From Octopus bimaculoides (taxonomy: Eukaryota): a stretch of 42,074 nucleotides of DNA. Within the stretch, counting starts at the first letter, position 1, and each line of letters begins with the position of its first letter. A model generated the notes under the pieces. It saw only the letters and a program-made list of their open reading frames with translations. It ran no database searches and had not been told where the DNA came from. The stretch lies in NCBI RefSeq assembly GCF_001194135.2, contig NC_069000.1, forward strand, positions 45,692,132 to 45,734,205, in the 5' to 3' direction. Positions 35,150 through 42,074 of this stretch are shown in pieces. The position numbers and the translations under genes were made by a program.

Positions 35150-35212
35150 CTAACGTCCCGGGTAACTCAGGTTTGGAAAAGGTTTCCCAGCCTAGGTTAC
35201 CCGGGGCGTTAG
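35150..35212. other. 63-nt imperfect inverted repeat / hairpin in the SLC16 intron
   Basis: Manual pairing gives a 30-position stem (25 Watson-Crick, 3 G-U, 2 mismatches) with a 3-nt loop. Confidence 0.9.
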
Positions 35213-35523
35213 GATTCTTCGAGGGTTCTCCTATTATTCATCCTGAATGGATAAACAGTATACGAACTTGAATTTTTTTACTTTAAACTAAGAATGACAG
35301 TAGTGTAATCCACATACGTATGCACCCAACACTATTTCCTTGTACACTGCACCCACCATAGAACTGTTTTCAATCACATCTTGATCAATAAATATGTGTG
35401 ACAGTTTATCAGAGCCAAAAGCAAAGTTTGTTTTTGCGATAATTCGTGCACTGTGTCTCATTAGATTATGCTTCACCGAGGCTCTCATCCCTTTCTGTTG
35501 ACTGTTCCGCCAGATTATTCTTT

Positions 35524-35881
35524 TATTTTTTTATTTGTTTCAGTCATTTGACTGCGGCCATGCTAGAGCAAATCGACCCTATGACTTCTTTGTAAGTCTA
35601 ATACTCATTCTATCGGTCTCTTTTGCCGAACCGCTAAGTTACGAGGACGTAAACACACCAACATTGGTTGTCAAGCGATGGTGGGGGAACAAACACAGAC
35701 GCACACACATGCACATACACGACGGGCTTCTTTCAGTTTCCGTCTACCAAATCCACTCACAAGGCTTTGGTCGGCCCGAGGCTATAGTAGAAGACACTTG
35801 CCCAACGTACCATGCAATGAGACTGAACCCGGAACCATGTGGTTAGTAAGCAAGCTACTTACCACACAGCCGTCCTGCACC
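35524..35881 (-). mobile_element. SINE family D, full length, in an SLC16 intron
   Basis: Complete head, body, microsatellite and tail; matches the 30254, 25963 and 37774 copies. Confidence 0.9.
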
Positions 35882-35961
35882 TTAAATATCTCGTGTTACT
35901 TCCCGTTTAAATATTTTGGTTTACTTTCCGAATTATTTGTTTATTCTCTGATCTATTTCAG

Positions 35962-36105
35962 CTCCGATTTCCAGCATGCTATTGATCTATTTTAGCCATC
36001 GGAAGGTGGCCATCATCGCAGGACTTATTGGATTCACAGGAGCCATTTTGGGGGCATTTTCCACAAGTAGCGACATGATGATAACCTGTTATGGAATACT
36101 GGGAG
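35962..36105 (+). CDS. SLC16/MCT exon (TM2 end to TM4)
   Basis: AG at 35960-35961, 144 nt, phase 1 to 1, reads APISSMLLIYFSHRKVAIIAGLIG...CYGILG; GTAAG donor at 36106. Confidence 0.85.
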
Positions 36106-37475
36106 GTAAGATGCCATCGTCGCGACAAATTTCTCTTTGATGCCGTCACACACCAGAACCATATTAATCAGAGGAAACGACACAGTACCAGTAATATCTC
36201 ATGGCCTCATTTCCAAATTTGGTCACTTTGATGAGTCTTCGATGTTCTTTTTGAATGTCTTCATTTCAATGTCTGTAAGGAAAATGTGTGGCTGGTGGTG
36301 TTGGTGGTGGCAGTAGAGTTGGTATTGGGGAATTTTGAAGATTATCCTTCTGGGGATGAGGGATTGACAGAAGTGTATAATCTGGTCCCTGGGATCCGAG
36401 ACAAATTACAAAAGATGAAAGGATGATGCGGCATTGAGGGGAAGGATGGGCAGAGTGTAGAGAGAAATGAGGAGGAATGACAAAGAATGGTGTCTGTTAT
36501 ATTGTGGTCCACGTGTATTGGTTGGGTGGATGGGGCGGGGGTTAATGATTCCATGCCGTTTAGCTGACTGATCTTCTTTGGGATTTGGTATAGTGTTAGG
36601 TAATGAAACAGCATCGCAGCAGCAGCAGAGGCCGCAGCAGCAGTGGCCGCAGCAGTAGTGGGAGTAGCAACAGTGGGAGTAGCAGCAGTAGTGGGGGTAG
36701 CAGCAGTAGTAGCAGTTCCGTACAAGCTATGAGGACGAAAATCTAATGTGAGTTACATTCATCTTTGCAGTGGTTGGGTCAACTATTAATTTGAATGGAA
36801 GAGTTTTTCAAGGAGAATCTTTGTCTTTGTGGGGCAGTGAAGAATTTCATGTATATGAGGAAGATATGAAACTTATTAATGTCGCCACTTTTATAAAACC
36901 AAAATAAGTCTGTGTGAATCGAATGTATTTTTTTGAATGACATTGTCGTTTAAAATAGAATCACTGCAGCTATTTGTTGGAACTTGAACACTAGAGGGCC
37001 ACATACCCGATTCTTATGAGGGCTTCATAAAATTGCAGCAGGAAGTCACTCCTGTACCAAACACAACTGGAAAACCTGTTATAACGGATTAAACATTGTT
37101 AAAAACCCATAGACCGGTTGGTGGTGTTGAACCGAGTGACAGATAAATTCTGCTACTCAAAGTTATGTCGACCATAACGCAGTTTAAAATAAATATCACC
37201 ATTTCATGGTTTATGACTTCGAAGGAATAAAATATTTTCAAGGCAGATATATAATTATTTGCATTAACTTTAGTATATTACTGCTTGAATTTCCACGAAA
37301 TTCTGATACAATATACAAAAACTGAGACTTATAGCCTTCCATATATTTTGCAACGTTCCTTAACAACTTCTTGTCTATGTACCAGACTGTGATGGCCGCA
37401 TTATTCTCTCATTTATAACAATTCCTGAATCTTTTATTTATTTATCTTCCGTCTCGTTGCTTTCTTTCTTGGTAG

Positions 37476-37733
37476 GTCTGGCAGTGGGGTTTGGATATTT
37501 CACCGGCCAAATCATGGTAACTTTATACTTCAGCAAGAAGAGAGCAACAGCTTTGGGTATTGCCAGCTGTGGAACTGGTCTGGGTACCTGTGTTGGTAAC
37601 ATAATGGTCGAGAAACTTCTACAGACATACGGCTTGACAGGAACTCTGTTAATGATAGCTGGAATGATGTTTAATATGGTGGTGTGTGGAGCTCTTTACA
37701 GACCGCTGCCAACCAAAATGACGTTACGACATA
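37476..37733 (+). CDS. SLC16/MCT exon (TM4-TM6)
   Basis: AG at 37474-37475; YFSKKRATALGIASCGTGLG and CGALYRP motifs; GTAAG donor at 37734 (phase 1). Confidence 0.9.
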
Positions 37734-37773
37734 GTAAGAAACATTTTAATTTTGTTTAACATATTCAATAAAG

Positions 37774-37917
37774 GAACTGGCATGGTTGCGTGGCTAAAAA
37801 GCTTGTTTCCCAACCATGTGGTCTTCCTTACAGTCCCATTGTATGAGGGCAAGTGTCTTCTATTATAACCCCGGGTCAAACAAAACCTTGCAAGTGGATT
37901 TTGTGAACGTAAACTGA
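37774..37917 (+). mobile_element. SINE family D, 5' part
   Basis: GGGCAAGTGTCTTCTATTATA..CCTTG..AGTGGATTT matches the reverse complement of 35740-35881. Confidence 0.7.
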
Positions 37918-38076
37918 CCTGATACCTAAATCTGAAACAATTACGTTAAAGGGTGTTCATGAAGGTTAGATGCGTAATCAATTTCTTAATTAATCAAATG
38001 GTTAGTTGATTAATTTATTTTTCCTGTACAATTTAATTGCTTTAGGCTTTTGAAATTGAACTTTTCTTCTTTGCAG

Positions 38077-38168
38077 ACCCAGAATATAAAACAACGACCG
38101 ACTGGGATAGCACTCGACAGGGTATAACTAACCAAGCGTTTTGGGACTCTGAAAGTTCACTGGATGTC
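38077..38168 (+). CDS. SLC16/MCT exon (central cytoplasmic loop)
   Basis: TTCTTTGCAG acceptor, open frame entered in phase 1 (NPEYKTT...SSLDV), GTAAGT donor at 38169 (phase 0). Confidence 0.7.
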
Positions 38169-38366
38169 GTAAGTTCCACCGTAATGTGTCTATAATAAAA
38201 CCAAAATTAAACTTTATATAAAAAGAAAAACGATGAGAAACCGCAGAGAAAGAATAATTAAACTCGTCCTATAGACAATTCATCAAAACTGCTGCAGAAA
38301 CGCATAGAAAACACTGCTGACGATTAAGCATTGTTACTACTCACAAAAGGTTCCTAATGGGGTTAC

Positions 38367-39105
38367 NNNNNNNNNNNNNNNNNNNNNNNNNNNNNNNNNN
38401 NNNNNNNNNNNNNNNNNNNNNNNNNNNNNNNNNNNNNNNNNNNNNNNNNNNNNNNNNNNNNNNNNNNNNNNNNNNNNNNNNNNNNNNNNNNNNNNNNNNN
38501 NNNNNNNNNNNNNNNNNNNNNNNNNNNNNNNNNNNNNNNNNNNNNNNNNNNNNNNNNNNNNNNNNNNNNNNNNNNNNNNNNNNNNNNNNNNNNNNNNNNN
38601 NNNNNNNNNNNNNNNNNNNNNNNNNNNNNNNNNNNNNNNNNNNNNNNNNNNNNNNNNNNNNNNNNNNNNNNNNNNNNNNNNNNNNNNNNNNNNNNNNNNN
38701 NNNNNNNNNNNNNNNNNNNNNNNNNNNNNNNNNNNNNNNNNNNNNNNNNNNNNNNNNNNNNNNNNNNNNNNNNNNNNNNNNNNNNNNNNNNNNNNNNNNN
38801 NNNNNNNNNNNNNNNNNNNNNNNNNNNNNNNNNNNNNNNNNNNNNNNNNNNNNNNNNNNNNNNNNNNNNNNNNNNNNNNNNNNNNNNNNNNNNNNNNNNN
38901 NNNNNNNNNNNNNNNNNNNNNNNNNNNNNNNNNNNNNNNNNNNNNNNNNNNNNNNNNNNNNNNNNNNNNNNNNNNNNNNNNNNNNNNNNNNNNNNNNNNN
39001 NNNNNNNNNNNNNNNNNNNNNNNNNNNNNNNNNNNNNNNNNNNNNNNNNNNNNNNNNNNNNNNNNNNNNNNNNNNNNNNNNNNNNNNNNNNNNNNNNNNN
39101 NNNNN
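38367..39105. other. Assembly gap interrupting an SLC16 exon
   Basis: N-run. Other gaps: 1640-2610, 3662-4579, 5417-6077, 9336-9922, 13130-13543, 23719-24017, 25206-25430, 26990-27706, 33147-33179, 40542-41087. Confidence 0.95.
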
Positions 39106-39201
39106 TAATATTAAAAGAACATTGCTTAAAAATTCTTGGTGTTTCGGTTCTAAAGAATTTCAACTTCCTTTGTTTGTTAGCTGCTTATTTTTTTATCTCA
39201 A
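39106..39201 (+). CDS. SLC16/MCT exon, 3' part only (loop end and start of TM7); 5' part inside the N gap
   Basis: Frame from 39108 reads ILKEHCLKILGVSVLKNFNFLCLLAAYFFIS, typical of the MCT TM7 lead-in. GTAAGT donor at 39202 in phase 1 matches the next exon. Confidence 0.75.
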
Positions 39202-39311
39202 GTAAGTAACAATGTCTTTGTCATTTTATTTAACCGAAAATTCCGAAAATTGAGTTCCAAAAAATATATCAATATTTCATAATTACCAAATTTCTCTCTG
39301 TTACGACGACG

Positions 39312-39641
39312 AGGATTCCAGTGGATCCGATCAACGGAACAGCCTGTTCGTGAAATTAACGTGCAAGTGGCTGAGCACTCCACAGACACGTGTACCCTTA
39401 ACGTAGTTCTCGGAGAGATTCAGCGTGACATAGAGTGTGAAAAGGTTGGCCCTTTGAAATACAGGTACAACAGAAACAGGAAGTAAAAGTGAGTTGTGGT
39501 GAAAGAGTACAGCAGGGTTCACCACCAACCCCTGCTGGAGCCTCGTGGAGCTTTAGCTCAATAAACACTCACAAGTCCAGGTCTGTGGATCGAAACCGCA
39601 CTCCTACGACCGCGAGCCCGCTGCCCTAGCCACTGGGCCAT
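39312..39641 (-). mobile_element. SINE family B in an SLC16 intron
   Basis: Extensive similarity to 4580-4863 (CCACAGACACGTGTACCCTTAA..GAGATTCAGCGTGACA..). Confidence 0.85.
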
Positions 39642-39805
39642 ATATGTATATATTCTAAATGCTATATTTTATTTCCTTTCATGATGGGAAACCCACTTCG
39701 TATCAGTACATTCCTTATTCAGAAATAACTGTCCAACTTTGTTTTATTAGAATTAATAGTTTTTTTTTATATATTTCATTTTTTTTTTTTCTTTTGTATT
39801 TTCAG

Positions 39806-40075
39806 CGCGTCAAATTGCCTTTCAATACCTTCCCGTTTTCATGCTATCGTTTGACTTGGAACGATATGAAATAGCCGTTTTGATGTCCATATTTGGCATA
39901 TGGCTCACCATCGGTCAACTTTGCATTGGTTTTATTGTCGATCTCCTTCATTTAAACAGCAAAATCGTGTTTGTGCTTTCCCAGGCGGTCATTGGAGCCA
40001 CCGCTATCTGCATTCCACACTGCCACACATACGTACTACTTGCTTTCGTTCTAAGTCTAATTGGCCTCACAGCAG
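39806..40075 (+). CDS. SLC16/MCT exon (TM7-TM10)
   Basis: Long T tract and CAG at 39803-39805; RQIAFQYLPVFM...SIFGIWLTIGQLCIGFIVD...LIGLTA; GTAAG donor at 40076 (phase 1). Confidence 0.9.
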
Positions 40076-40106
40076 GTAAGACGACCAGAGACAACTAGGC
40101 CTCTCT

Positions 40107-40166
40107 GGTAGTAGTAGTAGTAGTAGTAGTAATGGTAAAAGCAGCACAGCAGCAGCAGCAGCAGTT

Positions 40167-40239
<73 letters not shown>
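40107..40239. repeat. (TAG)n/(CAG)n compound microsatellite
   Basis: Directly visible. Confidence 0.95.
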
Positions 40240-40240
<1 letters not shown>

Positions 40241-40279
40241 TCCGCTCAGACCTTGAAGCATCACTATTCACTTTGAAAG

Positions 40280-40505
40280 AGGCAGCGTGGTGGTAGAATT
40301 GTTAACACGCCGGGCAAAATGCTTAGCGGTATTTCGTCTGTCTTTACGTTCTGAGTTCAAATTCCGCCGAGGTCGACTTTGCCTTTCATCCTTCCGGGGT
40401 CGATAAATTAAGTACGAGTTACGCACTGAGGTCGATGTAATCGATTTAATCCCTTTGTCTTTCCTTGTTTGTCCCCTCTATATTTAGTCCCCTGTGGGCA
40501 ACATA
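40280..40505 (+). mobile_element. SINE family A, full length, in an SLC16 intron
   Basis: Same head, body and first tail type as the 19248 copy. Confidence 0.9.
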
Positions 40506-41253
40506 TATATATGTATATATATATATATATGATTAGCATTANNNNNNNNNNNNNNNNNNNNNNNNNNNNNNNNNNNNNNNNNNNNNNNNNNNNNNNNNNN
40601 NNNNNNNNNNNNNNNNNNNNNNNNNNNNNNNNNNNNNNNNNNNNNNNNNNNNNNNNNNNNNNNNNNNNNNNNNNNNNNNNNNNNNNNNNNNNNNNNNNNN
40701 NNNNNNNNNNNNNNNNNNNNNNNNNNNNNNNNNNNNNNNNNNNNNNNNNNNNNNNNNNNNNNNNNNNNNNNNNNNNNNNNNNNNNNNNNNNNNNNNNNNN
40801 NNNNNNNNNNNNNNNNNNNNNNNNNNNNNNNNNNNNNNNNNNNNNNNNNNNNNNNNNNNNNNNNNNNNNNNNNNNNNNNNNNNNNNNNNNNNNNNNNNNN
40901 NNNNNNNNNNNNNNNNNNNNNNNNNNNNNNNNNNNNNNNNNNNNNNNNNNNNNNNNNNNNNNNNNNNNNNNNNNNNNNNNNNNNNNNNNNNNNNNNNNNN
41001 NNNNNNNNNNNNNNNNNNNNNNNNNNNNNNNNNNNNNNNNNNNNNNNNNNNNNNNNNNNNNNNNNNNNNNNNNNNNNNNNNNNNNNNCCCCACCCAACCC
41101 CGGAAATTGCTGACCTTGTGCCAAAATTTGAAATCACTATTTACCATCAAACAGGTTCATATTTCTGCTTCTTTTAATCGACTGAAAGCGTCGATCCGCA
41201 ATTCTCAGTAAAAATGTGTGATTCTCATAACGTCTGCGTTATATATTATTCAG

Positions 41254-41379
41254 GATTTACAGGCTCTCTACGGCTGCTCATTACGACTGAAGTCACGGGT
41301 AGGGAGAAGTGTAAGGAAGGATTCTCCATGATAAACCTTATCACTGGAATCGTTTTCTCTGTCGGTTCACCCTTATTTG
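41254..41379 (+). CDS. SLC16/MCT exon (TM10-TM11); last exon(s) lie beyond the window
   Basis: CAG at 41251-41253 (alternative in-frame AG at 41261-41262); GFTGSLRLLITTEVTG...GSPLFG; GTAAGT donor at 41380. Confidence 0.85.
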
Positions 41380-41499
41380 GTAAGTTATCTGTCAAGATAT
41401 ATGTATATATAAATCTTAAAATACAAAAACTGGTACAATATATGCCGCGAGGTGTGTGGAGCCATAGTTTATCATGTACGACGAGGGAAGATGGTTAGA

Positions 41500-41940
41500 A
41501 CAAACGATAAGCCCAGTCAGATCGTTGAAGCAAGATTTACTGGTCGACGAAAATACAATTGAGGAAGAATGCTGAATGGTGACAACACTCCTCTCTTCGA
41601 TGCCAGTGATGCAGAAGAACGAAACAGGAACCGTGGACGTAGAATTGATCAGCTGAGGGTTTTGGGTCTCAAACAAGGCTCAGACTGTCGATATTTTTGT
41701 GTGGAACGGCGTGACGGGAACTATCTGATCCCAATTATTGAAAGAGAATAGGAAAAAGGTTCACTAATTCTTTCAGATGAGTGACCCCGCTTAGAATAAT
41801 TTAAATGCCATAAGTTATCACCATCTGACAGGGAACCATGAACGACATTATGAGGGTCCGGTGACCGGAGCACACACTGAGGCCATTGAGTGATCATGGT
41901 TAGATGCTAGAACTATGATTCTGAAAAAAAGGAACTCTGA
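41500..41940 (+). mobile_element. Merlin (IS1016/ISXO2-like) DDE transposase remnant in an SLC16 intron
   Basis: QIVEARFTGRRKYN*GR...RNRGRRIDQLRVLGL...VERRD...LIPIIERE*EKGSLILSDE*, then a frameshift to YHHLTGNH..YEGPVTGAHTEAIE*SWLDAR..ILKK. Confidence 0.85.
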
Positions 41941-41992
41941 AATATCTGAAGTTTTTTAATCTCTGAAATATCTGAAAGATAAGGGAGATAAC

Positions 41993-42013
41993 GTGTGTGT
42001 GTGTGTGTGTGAG

Positions 42014-42074
<61 letters not shown>
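41993..42074. repeat. (GT)n microsatellite at the window end
   Basis: Directly visible. Confidence 0.95.

Noticed and set aside
36342-36725. 127-aa antisense ORF inside an SLC16 intron
   Set aside because: The start derives from a GCA/GTA-type low-complexity tract, and the remainder has no recognisable domain or splice support.

Overview
Repeat-rich, intron-containing animal genomic DNA from a gappy draft assembly (11 N-runs, about 6.1 kb). The SINE families and microsatellite load look like an octopus (coleoid cephalopod); this is recognition, not a database result. Three host genes are supported. (1) The last two coding exons of a + strand gene (16033-17203, 20189-20867), phase-compatible and encoding about 615 aa of predicted disordered sequence with no recognisable domain. 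(2) A single-exon - strand tetraspanin of peripherin-2/ROM1 (RDS) type (29074-28079). (3) A + strand SLC16/MCT-family transporter with seven exons traced from 34730 to 41379, one partly hidden in a gap, with the 3' end beyond the window. The rest is degraded mobile DNA: four tRNA-type SINE families, a non-autonomous Helitron, mariner, DD37D (maT) and Merlin DNA transposons, and Ty3/Gypsy, R4/Dong-like, HERO-like, RTE-like and Penelope-like retroelement remnants. I found no intact, clearly new system. The best leads are a Penelope-type RT running in frame into a restriction-like endonuclease, the intronless RDS-like tetraspanin, the SLC16 lacking the TM8 arginine, and a 63-nt near-perfect intronic hairpin. 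All motif calls are by-eye translations and need HMM/BLAST confirmation.
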